64,000 nucleotides of DNA, from contig CAVYGQ010000001.1 in assembly GCA_963768175.1 (NCBI GenBank), positions 766,305 to 830,304 of the forward strand, read 5' to 3'. The stretch is from Candidatus Doudnabacteria bacterium (GTDB lineage Bacteria; Patescibacteriota; Doudnabacteria; UBA920). Shown here in pieces: positions 15,404-25,433 of the stretch (the first letter of the stretch is position 1; every line of letters begins with the position of its first letter). A model generated the notes under the pieces. The model made no database searches and was not told the DNA's origin. It saw only the letters and a program-made list of their open reading frames with translations. The position numbers and the translations under genes were made by a program.

Positions 15404-18400
15404 CTATTTCTTCTTCTCCTTTTTCGGCTTTTTCTTAACTTCATCATCAAACAAAGAAGTTTCGGCTAAAATCGGCACTACCGGCGGTAAATTAGGCACT
15501 ACGATTTCCGGCTCTTCCGCCGCACTGCTTACCGCACCGTCGCGGCCTAAAAGCTCTACATCCATACACAGCGACTGGAGCTCTTTTACCAATACGCGGA
15601 AAGACTCCGGGATGTTCGGCTTTTTAATAGCTTCCCCTTTTACAATGGCCTCATAAGTTTTTGAACGGCCAACCACATCATCCGATTTTATAGTCAGCAT
15701 TTCCTGCAAAGTGTGCGCCGCGCCATAGCCTTCCAGCGCCCAAACTTCCATTTCCCCAAAACGCTGGCCGCCGAACTGGGCTTTTCCGCCCAAAGGCTGC
15801 TGGGTAATTAGGCTATACGGGCCAGTACTGCGGGCGTGCATCTTGTCGTCAACAAGATGGTGAAGCTTTAAGAAATACATAACTCCCACGGTAACTTTTT
15901 CGTCAAAAGGCTCGCCGGTTTTGCCGTCGTAAAGCGTCACCTTGCCGTCTTGTGGGATGCCGGCCTTTTTAAGCTCTTCTTTAATTTTATGTTCGGGTAC
16001 CCCGTCTAAAACGGGAGTCGCCACTTTATAACCCAGGCGATGGGCGGCCATGCCCATGTGGGTTTCCAAAATTTGACCCAGGTTCATGCGGGACACAACG
16101 CCAAGCGGGTTTAAAATAATATCCACGGGAGTGCCGTCTTCCATAAACGGCAGGTCTTCCACCGGAATAATTTTGGAAATGACGCCTTTGTTGCCGTGGC
16201 GGCCAGCCATTTTGTCGCCGACCTGGACTTTGCGCAAAACCGCGACCGAGACCTGGATGCTGCGAATAACGCCGCTTTGCAGCTTGTCCCCGGCTTCGCG
16301 CGTAAACTGGCGGATGTTAACGACTTTTCCGTATTCGCCGTGCGGCAAGGTAAGGGAAGTATCTTTCACGTCCCGGGACTTTTCGCCGAAAATAACTCTC
16401 AGGAGTTTTTCTTCCGCGGTTAAATCGGTCTCACCTTTGGGCGTGATTTTGCCGACTAAAATATCGCCAGCTTTTATCTGGGCACCAATGCGGATAATGC
16501 CGTTCTCGTCCAAATCCTTTAATTTTTCCTCGCCGACATTGGGAATATCCCGCGTTACCTGCTCCGGCCCGAGTTTGGTATCGCGCACGTCTATTTTAAA
16601 ATCATCAATGTGAATGCTGCTATAACGATCCTGCTGCACCAAGCGTTCGGAAATTAAAACCGCATCTTCGTAGTTGCCTCCCTCCCAAGACATAAAGGCC
16701 ACCAGCACATTTTGGCCCAAAGCCAGCTCGCCGCGATCCGTGGAGGCGCCGTCGGCTAAAATTTCGCCTTTCTTAATAGTCTGTCCCTTATTTACGCGGG
16801 CAATTTGGTTAATAGAGGTAGCGGAATTGGTACGCAAAAATTTCAGCAAAGGGTATTCTTTCTTTTTGCCTTTTTCGCCGACCACAATAATTTTTTCTCC
16901 GGTCACGGAAGTTACGATGCCGTCTTCATCGGCCAAAACCACGGTGCCACTGTCGCGCGCGGCCTTGCCTTCCATGCCCGTGCCGACTATGGGCGCTTCG
17001 GGCTTAATGCAGGACACGGCCTGGCGCTGCATGTTACTGCCCATAAGCGCGCGGTTGGCATCGTCGTGTTCCAAAAACGGAATCAACGAAGTGGTAACGG
17101 AAATAATTTGTTTTGGGGAAACATCCAAATAGTCTATGTCGTCGGTAGAAGCCATGGTCGGCACGGCGCGCACCCGGACGCTGGCTCTTAAATCCGCAAA
17201 GTGCCCGCGGTCATCAAGGTTAATATTGCTTTGGGCGATAATCAGCCGCTCTTCTTCATAAGCGTCCAAATATCTAATTTTATCCGTAACGCGGGGCTTA
17301 ATGCGGATTTCCAAAAGCTGGTGGTTTTTTGCCACTTCTTTGGCTTTGCCTGCGGTAATGGTTTCTCCGGCGGTAACTATTACGTCGCCTTTTTCGTCTT
17401 TAATATCATAAAGGGAAATTTCGTCTGCCAGATCCTTGCCGTCGTTTTTGGCGGATTTTTTTACCACCCGGTAGGGCGTTTCAATAAATCCAAAATTATT
17501 TACCCGCGCGTAAGTGGCCAAGTGGGCTACCAGCCCGATGTTCGGTCCTTCCGGCGTGGTAATCGGGCAAAGCCGCCCGTAGTGGCTGTGGTGCACGTCG
17601 CGGACTTCAAATCCGGCGCGCTCACGGGAAAGCCCTCCCGGCCCCATGGCAGACAGCCTTCTTTTGTGCTCCAGCTCGGCCAAAGGATTAGTCTGATCCA
17701 TAAATTGCGACAGCTGCGAAGAGGAAAAAAATTCCTGCATGGTCGCCACAATCGGCCGGACATGAATAAGCTGGGCCGGAGTCACGGTATCTAAATCCGC
17801 CAAGGACATGCGGTCTTTGGCAATTCTGGCCATGCGGGCAAGGCCTACGCGGAAACGGGCCTGGATAAGTTCGCCTACGGCCCTGACGCGGCGGTTAGCC
17901 AGGTGGTCAATATCATCCGGTGTGCCTTGGGAGTTGTTTAATTTAATTATTTCGCGAACGGCTATGACCAAATCTTCTTTGGTCAAAATCTGCCTATCTC
18001 GCTCTCTTAAAGCCGAGGCGGGGCTTTCGTTACCATCAACGTGCAAACGCTGATTAAACTTATAGCGGCCGACCGCGGAAAGATCATAACGTTCGGTGTT
18101 AAAAAACATTCCGGAAATTAAAGACTTGGCATTGTCTACCGTGGCTAAATCACCGGGTCTGATTCTTTTATAAACTTCCTTATAGCCTTCGTCCGGGTTG
18201 GTAGAGGCGTCCTTTTCCAAAGTGTTTTGGATATATTTGGTGTCCGGGTCGGTATCGACATCGGCAAAAGCGGCTAATATTTCTTCATTGCTGCCTAAGC
18301 CAAAAACTCGCAGTAGCGCGGTTATGGGGATTCTTCTTTTGCGGTCGATTTTAACGCCAATCACGCCGGTGGCGTCGGTATCCAGTTCCAGCCAGGCGCC

Positions 18401-18925
18401 GCGGTTAGGAATAATTTTGGCGCCGTAAAAATTTTTGCCGCGAAAATTTTCGGCGGTAAAAAATACGCCCGGGGATTTAATAAGCTGATTTACCACCACG
18501 CGCTCCACGCCGTTGATAATAAAAGTGCCGCGGGGGGTCATTAACGGGAAATCGCCAAAATAAACGTCCTGGGTCTTTACTTTGCCGGTTTGTTTATTGA
18601 CTAATTTTGCCGAAACATAAAGGGGGGCTTCGTAAGTGGTGTTTCTTTCCCGGGAAGTGAACTCGTCGTACTTGGATTTATCAAAAAAATAATCGCCAAA
18701 AAACATCTCCAGGTTTTTCCCGGTAAAGTCACGGATGGGATTGATTTCTCCCAAAAGTTCCTTAAGACCTTTTTCCACAAACCACTTATAAGATATCAAC
18801 TGCACCTCTATTAAGTTGGGCAGGAGGGCGGTTTCGTGGCTTTGGGTAAAAAACTTGCGGGCAAGAGCCTTAGTTTCGGGGAACTTAACCATGGCGGAGC
18901 TCATGGTCTTAGATTTATTGGCCAT
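15404..18925 (-). CDS. rpoB: DNA-directed RNA polymerase subunit beta
   Basis: [56 protein letters not shown]. Confidence 0.99.
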   Translation of the reverse strand: MANKSKTMSSAMVKFPETKALARKFFTQSHETALLPNLIEVQLISYKWFVEKGLKELLGEINPIRDFTGKNLEMFFGDYFFDKSKYDEFTSRERNTTYEAPLYVSAKLVNKQTGKVKTQDVYFGDFPLMTPRGTFIINGVERVVVNQLIKSPGVFFTAENFRGKNFYGAKIIPNRGAWLELDTDATGVIGVKIDRKRRIPITALLRVFGLGSNEEILAAFADVDTDPDTKYIQNTLEKDASTNPDEGYKEVYKRIRPGDLATVDNAKSLISGMFFNTERYDLSAVGRYKFNQRLHVDGNESPASALRERDRQILTKEDLVIAVREIIKLNNSQGTPDDIDHLANRRVRAVGELIQARFRVGLARMARIAKDRMSLADLDTVTPAQLIHVRPIVATMQEFFSSSQLSQFMDQTNPLAELEHKRRLSAMGPGGLSRERAGFEVRDVHHSHYGRLCPITTPEGPNIGLVAHLATYARVNNFGFIETPYRVVKKSAKNDGKDLADEISLYDIKDEKGDVIVTAGETITAGKAKEVAKNHQLLEIRIKPRVTDKIRYLDAYEEERLIIAQSNINLDDRGHFADLRASVRVRAVPTMASTDDIDYLDVSPKQIISVTTSLIPFLEHDDANRALMGSNMQRQAVSCIKPEAPIVGTGMEGKAARDSGTVVLADEDGIVTSVTGEKIIVVGEKGKKKEYPLLKFLRTNSATSINQIARVNKGQTIKKGEILADGASTDRGELALGQNVLVAFMSWEGGNYEDAVLISERLVQQDRYSSIHIDDFKIDVRDTKLGPEQVTRDIPNVGEEKLKDLDENGIIRIGAQIKAGDILVGKITPKGETDLTAEEKLLRVIFGEKSRDVKDTSLTLPHGEYGKVVNIRQFTREAGDKLQSGVIRSIQVSVAVLRKVQVGDKMAGRHGNKGVISKIIPVEDLPFMEDGTPVDIILNPLGVVSRMNLGQILETHMGMAAHRLGYKVATPVLDGVPEHKIKEELKKAGIPQDGKVTLYDGKTGEPFDEKVTVGVMYFLKLHHLVDDKMHARSTGPYSLITQQPLGGKAQFGGQRFGEMEVWALEGYGAAHTLQEMLTIKSDDVVGRSKTYEAIVKGEAIKKPNIPESFRVLVKELQSLCMDVELLGRDGAVSSAAEEPEIVVPNLPPVVPILAETSLFDDEVKKKPKKEKKK

Positions 18926-19128
18926 TAAACAGCTTATTCCGCCAAAAACGCACTTTTTGGCTTATTTAAAGATAACGTTTAAGCCTAAGGCTATGTTGAA
19001 CCAAGAATATTTTATGCTCTCTATCTCCCCGAAATCATGATTGAGGACGCAAAACATCCCCTTTTTCGCATACGCAAAAAAGGCCGGTCCAGAAGGGCTT
19101 ATAAGCTTATGAAATTGTGCATATTCTG

Positions 19129-19156
19129 ATTTTAGCAGTCAAGCGGAATTTGTCAA
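19129..19156 (-). promoter_or_regulatory. Probable rpoB promoter TTGACA-16-TGnTAAAAT with a ~200-nt leader
   Basis: Consensus match upstream of rpoB. Confidence 0.5.
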
Positions 19157-19321
19157 GTCCGGCGCCAGCCGGACTTGTTCCCGAGCGAAGCCCTGAAAGG
19201 GCGAAGTCGAGGGATCAAGGCAAAAAAAATTTCATTTGTACCTTTATACTAACAGAAAAAAAGGTTAATTGCCAGCCGTCAATCCACAGGTAAATAAGGC
19301 CACAAAGCTTTAACTTATCAA

Positions 19322-19669
19322 CTATGCCGTACCGCTTTGCTTAATATAATCGCTAATCCGCTGCTGGTCTTCCCTCGCTTGCTCACCTTTAAAATACAGT
19401 TCAATAAAGACTATTTCTTTCTTGTTGGGGTGATAGGCATAAATTATCCTTAGTGTATTTTTCTTCAAAAATCGGCAAAAAAATCGCGCTTTGGCAATTT
19501 TTAACTCGCTGTTTTGGAATAAAACAGCAAAATGCTTGTCAGTTCCAAGCGGCACTTCTTCCAAAACTTTCTTGAACACTTCCAAATCTTCGGGCAGGGA
19601 AAGGTATTTTTTGCCCAGCCGTTTGCAATTTTTGGTAAATTCAGGTAATTCATTAAAGTTCATCGTCAT
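19322..19669 (-). CDS. RelE/ParE-like toxin
   Basis: F.K..KRL.KKY.SL..DL...RIIYAY...IELYFKG pattern; overlaps the 3' end of the upstream antitoxin. Confidence 0.7.
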   Translation of the reverse strand: MTMNFNELPEFTKNCKRLGKKYLSLPEDLEVFKKVLEEVPLGTDKHFAVLFQNSELKIAKARFFCRFLKKNTLRIIYAYHPNKKEIVFIELYFKGEQAREDQQRISDYIKQSGTA

Positions 19670-20429
19670 AATTGCGGACCGAATGTTCCTGATCACGGTA
19701 AAAAACACTTTCGTAATCTATTGCTTCTCCGGGTTTATGAACCATCCAAGGTATATCTGAATGGGAATATTTGCTTAATTCCGAAGCGGATTTATCGGAA
19801 AGCCGGTTTAACACCTCGTCAATATGTGCCAATTCCCGCGCGGACAATACTGTTAAATCCGCCTCTTCTCTCGGTAAGTATTTTTTTTGCTCATACTGAA
19901 AATAGCTGCTTTTAACTTTTTCCAGTTCATTTTGCGCTTCCATTTCTTTAACCAAACTCGAAAATTCCCTGGGAGTGGGTCCAAAATGATTGCGGATATA
20001 AGTCGCGCCGGTTAATTGTTCCTCAAACTTTTCATAAAAATCAAAATCAACAAAATATAACAACTTATAAAGTGCAGTTTCACCTATGTTGGGTTTGGCG
20101 CCGACTTTCCCCAAAATATATAACAAAACACTTTTAAATTTGTCAACGTTCAACTTGGGGACATTAATTCTAACTTCATTTTCAATTTCCGATTTTTTTG
20201 CCCTATTATCTAATTTTACCTTATGCTCGATAGGCGAAATTTGCGCCAAAAAATCGTCTAAAGGCAAACCAAAAAGCTCCGCGAGTTTTTGAGCTTCAGA
20301 TACTGTTAGCTCCCTTTCCCCTTTTTCTATTTGCATATAAGTGGGGCGAGAGACATTAATTTTTTGGGACACAAAATTCTGGGAAAATTTCGCATTTTCC
20401 CTCAATTTTTTGAGATATAGTCCAGTCAT
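19653..20429 (-). CDS. XRE-HTH + DUF4065 (Panacea/SocA-like) antitoxin
   Basis: N-terminal LKKLRE...SQ...VSRPTY.QIEKG HTH; KLLYF.DF, HFGPTP, LSKYSH.D.PW motifs. Confidence 0.85.
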   Translation of the reverse strand: MTGLYLKKLRENAKFSQNFVSQKINVSRPTYMQIEKGERELTVSEAQKLAELFGLPLDDFLAQISPIEHKVKLDNRAKKSEIENEVRINVPKLNVDKFKSVLLYILGKVGAKPNIGETALYKLLYFVDFDFYEKFEEQLTGATYIRNHFGPTPREFSSLVKEMEAQNELEKVKSSYFQYEQKKYLPREEADLTVLSARELAHIDEVLNRLSDKSASELSKYSHSDIPWMVHKPGEAIDYESVFYRDQEHSVRNYDDEL

Positions 20430-20603
20430 AGGGCTTAATCCTTTATTATTACTTTTCTTAATTATATCAAAGTTAAACTATTTGTCAATAGCTATAGTAA
20501 ATAACCTTTACAAATCATCAATTCCCTGCTAAACTATAAGGTAAGGTGGAGGCCAATAACCGAAACCAAAACTAATAATTAACTTGCTATGAAAGGAGCA
20601 AAT

Positions 20604-20765
20604 ATGCCAAAGCAACATCGTCACGTTGTCGATTTTGTGGCCCACAAGAAAGTTAAGGAGCCTGTAGAAGTCACTTTTGTGACCAATAAGGGTAAAGTAG
20701 TGGATTTTCCGGCCCACAAAAAAGTCAAAGAACCTGTGGAAGTCAGGTTCAAGGCCAAAGATTAA
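20604..20765 (+). CDS. 53-aa basic protein made of two 24-aa repeats (not in ORF track)
   Basis: MPKQHRH-VVDFVAHKKVKEPVEVTFVTNKGK-VVDFPAHKKVKEPVEVRFKAKD*; AAGGAG RBS; terminator downstream. Confidence 0.75.
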   Translation: MPKQHRHVVDFVAHKKVKEPVEVTFVTNKGKVVDFPAHKKVKEPVEVRFKAKD

Positions 20766-20796
20766 ATTAACTTCAAAAAAATGAAATCAAAATTTT

Positions 20797-20829
20797 AAAA
20801 GGCCGCGGCCAAAATAGTCGCGGCCTTTT
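20797..20829. terminator. Bidirectional intrinsic terminator
   Basis: AAAAGGCCGCGGC...GTCGCGGCCTTTT between convergent genes. Confidence 0.75.
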
Positions 20830-20843
20830 ATTTTGTATATTTT

Positions 20844-21935
20844 TTATTTTCCGGATTTAGTTCTATTATCATCTACGCACAGCATCTGGCAATTTTCCGC
20901 CGTAGTCGCCCCTCCCTTGCTCCACGGTTTGATATGGTCGGCTTCCATTTCGGAAATATCATATTCTTTTTTACAAAACGGGCAAATGCCGTTTTGCCGC
21001 TCATACGCCTCACGCTTCATTTTGTCGGTAAAAGCACGGATTGAAAGGTATTTTTCTTGTCTCGTTAAAATATATGGGTAAATACCGGATTTTTTAGTTA
21101 CATCTTCGTCCTGCATTAACTCTTTAATTTCGGCTTCCAGTTTGCCGACATTCTGTTTCTTGTCTTTAAATTCGTTATACAGTTCGCCCCACTCTACACT
21201 ATTCATTTCCCGGCGATAATTCGTAAAAGTTTTTCGCACCCAATCAATTACTTCTTGAAAATACTCCCATAACTCATCGGCATTTTTATTATGCTGATGC
21301 TTAGCCATGTAATCTTCTATTTTGCCGTTGTTAATCCATGAAAGCGCGGTTTCCAAATATTCCTGCCGAATTGGCGAACCGCTTACCAACTGCCCGCCGT
21401 CGTTGGCCAGCAGATACGCCGCGCAATGCGTTTTGCTGAACTTTAGTTTTGCGTCACTAAGCCACGGCCCTGTGTAAACCGCGTTACGGATTTCCTGGTC
21501 GGTAAGTTTTTCGCCGGCGATGTTAATAATCCTGAACCAATCCAGCCGCTCTTTATCCGTGCCCTCGCAAAAATAAATCATCAGCTCGTAATCCAAAATC
21601 CGGTTTTGTTCTTCGTCGGTTAGATTATGAAAATACATCTCGTTAAGTGAAAAATCACCGGCAACATATTGCCCGATGCTAATGGTGCGCTGTTGGCCGT
21701 CCAAAACTTCAAAATTGCCGGAATCATTTTTCATCCAGTACATTACATTAAGCGGGAAGCCATTTTTGATGGTTTTAATAACGGCATTGCGCTGCTGCTC
21801 CTTATAAACAAACTCCCGCTGATATTTTGGCCGGATATCCAGCTTGCCGCTAAAAGCTACTACGCCCTCCTCGGCGCTGTCTTTATAACCAGCAATTACT
21901 TTTCGTATAGTGATGCGATGTAAATCTATTTTCAT
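20844..21935 (-). CDS. DUF262 (GmrS/ParB-like) + HNH endonuclease
   Basis: RPKYQREFVY, VLDGQQR, F..IN..G..L motifs; C-terminal CPFC...EADHIKPW..GG.T...NCQMLC..DN. Confidence 0.9.
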   Translation of the reverse strand: MKIDLHRITIRKVIAGYKDSAEEGVVAFSGKLDIRPKYQREFVYKEQQRNAVIKTIKNGFPLNVMYWMKNDSGNFEVLDGQQRTISIGQYVAGDFSLNEMYFHNLTDEEQNRILDYELMIYFCEGTDKERLDWFRIINIAGEKLTDQEIRNAVYTGPWLSDAKLKFSKTHCAAYLLANDGGQLVSGSPIRQEYLETALSWINNGKIEDYMAKHQHNKNADELWEYFQEVIDWVRKTFTNYRREMNSVEWGELYNEFKDKKQNVGKLEAEIKELMQDEDVTKKSGIYPYILTRQEKYLSIRAFTDKMKREAYERQNGICPFCKKEYDISEMEADHIKPWSKGGATTAENCQMLCVDDNRTKSGK

Positions 21936-21936
21936 A

Positions 21937-23004
21937 CTAATTGATTACTTTCTTATTTTTTATGATAACTCGCGCGTAAGGAACGTCAACGGCTCCATTT
22001 GTAATCATGTACAAATCACCATCAACAGCTCCTCTTTTTTGAATTTCTTTCCTGTATTTTTTGTGGTTTTCTTTATAGGGCTTAACCCCAATTTCTATTC
22101 CCGAATTGGATATTCCCAAACCGATAATCTCAAATTGCTCCGGATTATATTTATCAAGAAAGGTAATAGGCACCCCTATAGCACCATTGTAGTCTGCCGG
22201 GATTTCAGAAGTTTTATTAACGTTAATAGCATCAAAATTTTCATACTTGGGATATTCTGTGGGAGTATATTTTTTATAAAGTAAAAAATTTTCATGACGC
22301 TCTTCGTAATCAAGGTTTGTAAACCAACGCACGCCTTTAACGCGAATATACTTGTGCCCATCCGCATCAACACGATAACTTGCCGCGTTCAGAGGATAAT
22401 CATCTGGTACCTGAAATTCACGATCGCCGCTATGGATACTCGCTCCAAGCCACATATTATTTTCTTTTATTAACTTAAAACACTCTTTATAAGTAATTGC
22501 ATTTACATTTCCAATTATCAAAAATTTCTTATTGTACTCCACCAACTGCGCAATATATTCTCTTAACAAAGAAAACGGCGGGTTGGTTACCACGATGTCG
22601 GCTTCTTTCAGCAGTTCAATACACTCCTGGCTTCGGAAGTCACCGGTGCCTATCATTTTGGTCATAAAATCATGCGGGTCGGGAACACGGCTGCCCTTTT
22701 TGCCGCCGGTGTATTCCAGTTTATATGGCGGTTCGTGGGTAAAAAGGTTGGCTTCTTTGTAATGAGTGGCAATGAGTTTCTTAAGTCCCAGTTCCGCAAA
22801 ATTTATGCTAAAATATTTCACAAAATTGCTTTCTTTCGGGTCGTCGCAATTACAAAACACCACTTTACCGCGAAACTGGTCTTTGTAGTGCTTAAGCTCG
22901 TTTTCAATATCGGCAAGCTGGGTATAAAATTCGTCTTTTTTTGCCCTGCTAGCCGTATGTAGATTTTTGTTTAAAAATTTCTTTTCCATGATTATTTTTA
23001 CCAA
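21937..23004 (-). CDS. Adenine-specific DNA methyltransferase, EcoRI-methylase family
   Basis: DEFYT, CNCDDP, GDFRS.EC, VVTNPPFSL, GVPITF.DKYNP.QF. Confidence 0.88.
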   Translation of the reverse strand: MVKIIMEKKFLNKNLHTASRAKKDEFYTQLADIENELKHYKDQFRGKVVFCNCDDPKESNFVKYFSINFAELGLKKLIATHYKEANLFTHEPPYKLEYTGGKKGSRVPDPHDFMTKMIGTGDFRSQECIELLKEADIVVTNPPFSLLREYIAQLVEYNKKFLIIGNVNAITYKECFKLIKENNMWLGASIHSGDREFQVPDDYPLNAASYRVDADGHKYIRVKGVRWFTNLDYEERHENFLLYKKYTPTEYPKYENFDAINVNKTSEIPADYNGAIGVPITFLDKYNPEQFEIIGLGISNSGIEIGVKPYKENHKKYRKEIQKRGAVDGDLYMITNGAVDVPYARVIIKNKKVIN

Positions 23005-23104
23005 TCCCTGATTATCAACTGCTTGCCTTTGGTAGTGTATATAAAGCCATTATATCACCAACATCAGGCTTATTCAAAGGAGTTAAAAATGCTATAATGT
23101 CCCT

Positions 23105-24136
23105 ATGGACAATGTTATTGAAGTGCAAAACCTAAAAAAAGTCTACCCCTCGCCCAAAGGCAAACAGCCACTGGAAGCTTTAAAGGGTGTGTCTTTTTTT
23201 GTGGAAAAAGGCGAGGTCTTCGGCATTTTGGGACCCAACGGCGCGGGGAAGACCACGACTCTGGAAATTATAGAATGTTTAAAACCGCAGACTTCCGGGG
23301 AAGTTGCGGTTTTGGGGTTTGATAATGTTAAATCTCCCGATGATATAAAAAAACGCATCGGCGTGCAGCTGCAGTCCAGCCAATATTTGCATCATTTATC
23401 TTTAGGGGAACTGCTGGATTTGTTTGCCTCATTTTATGGAAATAAATCACCCCTCCCTAACCCTCCCCCTCCAGGGGAGGGAATAAACACCGCAATAAGT
23501 TCCTCCCCCTTGAGGGGGGAGGCTAGGTGGGGGTGGACAAAGGATGATAAAAAAAACCTATTACAGCTAGTGAGCTTAGAAGACAAAGAACATGCCGAAT
23601 TTGCCAACCTTTCCGGCGGGCAAAAGCAGCGCTTCACCATTGCCACCTCCTTGGTGCATGAGCCACAAATTTTGTTTTTGGACGAACCCACCACCGGGCT
23701 TGACCCGAAAGCGCGGCGCGACATGTGGCAACTGGTTAAGACCATTAATGCCCGCTCAATCACTATTGTCTTAACCACGCACTACATGGAAGAGGCGGAA
23801 TTTTTATGCCACCGCGTGGCCATTATGGACCAGGGGAAAATTTTGGAAATTGACGAGCCAAAAAAATTAATAGACCGCCTGTCGGAAACCACGCAGATTT
23901 CCTTTTTTACGGACAGCCGCCTTGACCAAAACTTTTTCCGCACATTGCCGGAAATAAAAAAAATCCACGCCAGCTATCCCAAAGTCATTTTGGAAATCAC
24001 TTCTTTGGATAAAATTTCCGCGGTGGTAAATTTATTAAAACAGCACAGCATAGTTTTTTATGGATTTACCGTCAAAACCGCCACTTTGGAAGACGTCTAT
24101 TTGAAACTTACGGGAAAGGAGTATGAAGAAGAATAA
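23105..24136 (+). CDS. ABC transporter ATP-binding protein (ABC-2 type) with an in-frame repeat insertion
   Basis: GPNGAGKTT, LSGGQ, FLDEPTTGLD, TTH. Confidence 0.95.
   Translation: MDNVIEVQNLKKVYPSPKGKQPLEALKGVSFFVEKGEVFGILGPNGAGKTTTLEIIECLKPQTSGEVAVLGFDNVKSPDDIKKRIGVQLQSSQYLHHLSLGELLDLFASFYGNKSPLPNPPPPGEGINTAISSSPLRGEARWGWTKDDKKNLLQLVSLEDKEHAEFANLSGGQKQRFTIATSLVHEPQILFLDEPTTGLDPKARRDMWQLVKTINARSITIVLTTHYMEEAEFLCHRVAIMDQGKILEIDEPKKLIDRLSETTQISFFTDSRLDQNFFRTLPEIKKIHASYPKVILEITSLDKISAVVNLLKQHSIVFYGFTVKTATLEDVYLKLTGKEYEEE
23448..23535. repeat. Full family-A palindromic element inside the ABC ATPase
   Basis: CACCCCTCCC...GGGGGTG; encodes SPLPNPPPPGEGINTAISSSPLRGEARWGW. Confidence 0.85.
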
Positions 24137-24220
24137 TTAACCGACACCAATACGCAAATTGGACGCGAATGATGCTAATTCGTATCATTAGCGTGACATT
24201 CGTAGATTAGCGTCGCCTAT

Positions 24221-24964
24221 ATGAAATCTTTTATTGAATTATTCAAGGCAAATTTCAAAATGTTCTACCGGGAAAAGGAAGGCTTTTACTGGACGGTGTT
24301 AATGCCAACTTTTATTTACATCGCCCTGTCCATTTTGCCGATTGGCAAAACCATTGGCGTCAATTTAAAATACTCCAGCTACGTGCTCCCGGGCATTATT
24401 GCCATGACTATTATGCAAGGCGGCATTTACAGCCTGGCTTATTGGATGGTGGACTTAAAGTCCCGCGGCATTATTAAGCGCCTGCTGGCCACCCCGCTTA
24501 AGCAGTGGCAACTGGCCTTGAGCCTGGTTGGCGCCAGGCTGGTAGTGGTAATTTTCCAGGTAATTATTCTAACCCTGCTGGGGATTTTAATTTTTCATGC
24601 CAGCTTTGCCGGCAACGTAACATCCACGCTTGTTTTGGTGCTCTTGGGCGGCGCGATTTTTTTGCTCTGCGGCCTGCTCATTTCCACTTTCGCCAAAAGC
24701 TATGACGCCGCCGCGCCGATTACCTCGGCTATTGCCCTGCCGCTGACTTTTTTGGGAAACATTTTTTACCCCATAGAAGCACTGCCTAAGGCCTTGCAAA
24801 TTTTTGCGCGCCTTTTGCCCATTACCTATCTGGCCGACGGCCTGCGCCAGGCATACTTGTATCCGTTTAACTTTGCCGTGATTGGCAAAGATATTTTTAT
24901 TCTTGCTTTGTGGCTGATAGGGATGCTGGTTGTGACCATATCGCTATTTAGATTAAAAGAATAG
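24221..24964 (+). CDS. ABC-2 type transporter permease
   Basis: Six TM segments, PGIIAM, LLATP, FYPIEALP, P.TY..DGLR. Confidence 0.92.
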   Translation: MKSFIELFKANFKMFYREKEGFYWTVLMPTFIYIALSILPIGKTIGVNLKYSSYVLPGIIAMTIMQGGIYSLAYWMVDLKSRGIIKRLLATPLKQWQLALSLVGARLVVVIFQVIILTLLGILIFHASFAGNVTSTLVLVLLGGAIFLLCGLLISTFAKSYDAAAPITSAIALPLTFLGNIFYPIEALPKALQIFARLLPITYLADGLRQAYLYPFNFAVIGKDIFILALWLIGMLVVTISLFRLKE

Positions 24965-24981
24965 GCGGCCTTCAACAAGTC

Positions 24982-25022
24982 AACAAGGGGCATCCTTGCA
25001 CAGTGCAAGGATGCCCCTTGTT
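24982..25022. terminator. Perfect 20-bp-arm palindrome between convergent genes (bidirectional terminator)
   Basis: AACAAGGGGCATCCTTGCAC-A-GTGCAAGGATGCCCCTTGTT. Confidence 0.7.
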
Positions 25023-25029
25023 TTATTTA

Positions 25030-25332
25030 CTACCTGATAACAAATTTTTCTTTAGCTACTGCTTTTATCGGCACATTCCAAGTAAAACCCAAAGCCAAAG
25101 CGTGGGTCACCCCCACGCGCACGCCGGTGTAGGAGCCGGGGCCTTTGTTGACCACGATTTTTGATATAAAATTGTGTTTTATTTTATGCGCTTTTAGAAA
25201 TTTATCCAAAAATCCCAACGTTTCATGCGACTTGTATGGATTGATTTTATAAGATCGCTTGATAATTTTCCCGCTATCAGCAACGCCAAACGTAACACTG
25301 CTAAAATCCGTTGTGTCAATGTATAGAATCAT
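25030..25332 (-). CDS. tsaB: tRNA t6A modification protein TsaB (short, N-terminal domain only, 100 aa)
   Basis: MILYIDTT...GPGSYTGVRVG; the upstream ORF extension is translated repeat DNA. Confidence 0.85.
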   Translation of the reverse strand: MILYIDTTDFSSVTFGVADSGKIIKRSYKINPYKSHETLGFLDKFLKAHKIKHNFISKIVVNKGPGSYTGVRVGVTHALALGFTWNVPIKAVAKEKFVIR

Positions 25333-25347
25333 AGCTACCTCTTCCAA

Positions 25348-25433
25348 GGCGTCATTCTGAGCCCGAATGCATCTGAAGGCGAAGAATCTTTTATGAGATC
25401 CTTCGGTCGGATGCACTCCCTCAGGATGACACC
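25348..25433. repeat. Family-G palindromic element, supplies the murE stop codon
   Basis: GGCGTCATTCTGAG...CTCAGGATGACACC. Confidence 0.85.

Noticed and set aside
10076-18428. Numerous 60-230 aa antisense or overlapping ORFs within rpoB/rpoC (likewise in uvrB, polA, valS)
   Set aside because: Shadow ORFs produced by the codon bias of long genes; no RBS or motifs.
25333-25416. N-terminal extensions of TsaB (also FemAB-like 29153-29260, RuvB 54498-54527, TrmB 59205-59246)
   Set aside because: They are translations of intergenic palindromic repeats; family homology begins at the downstream Met.
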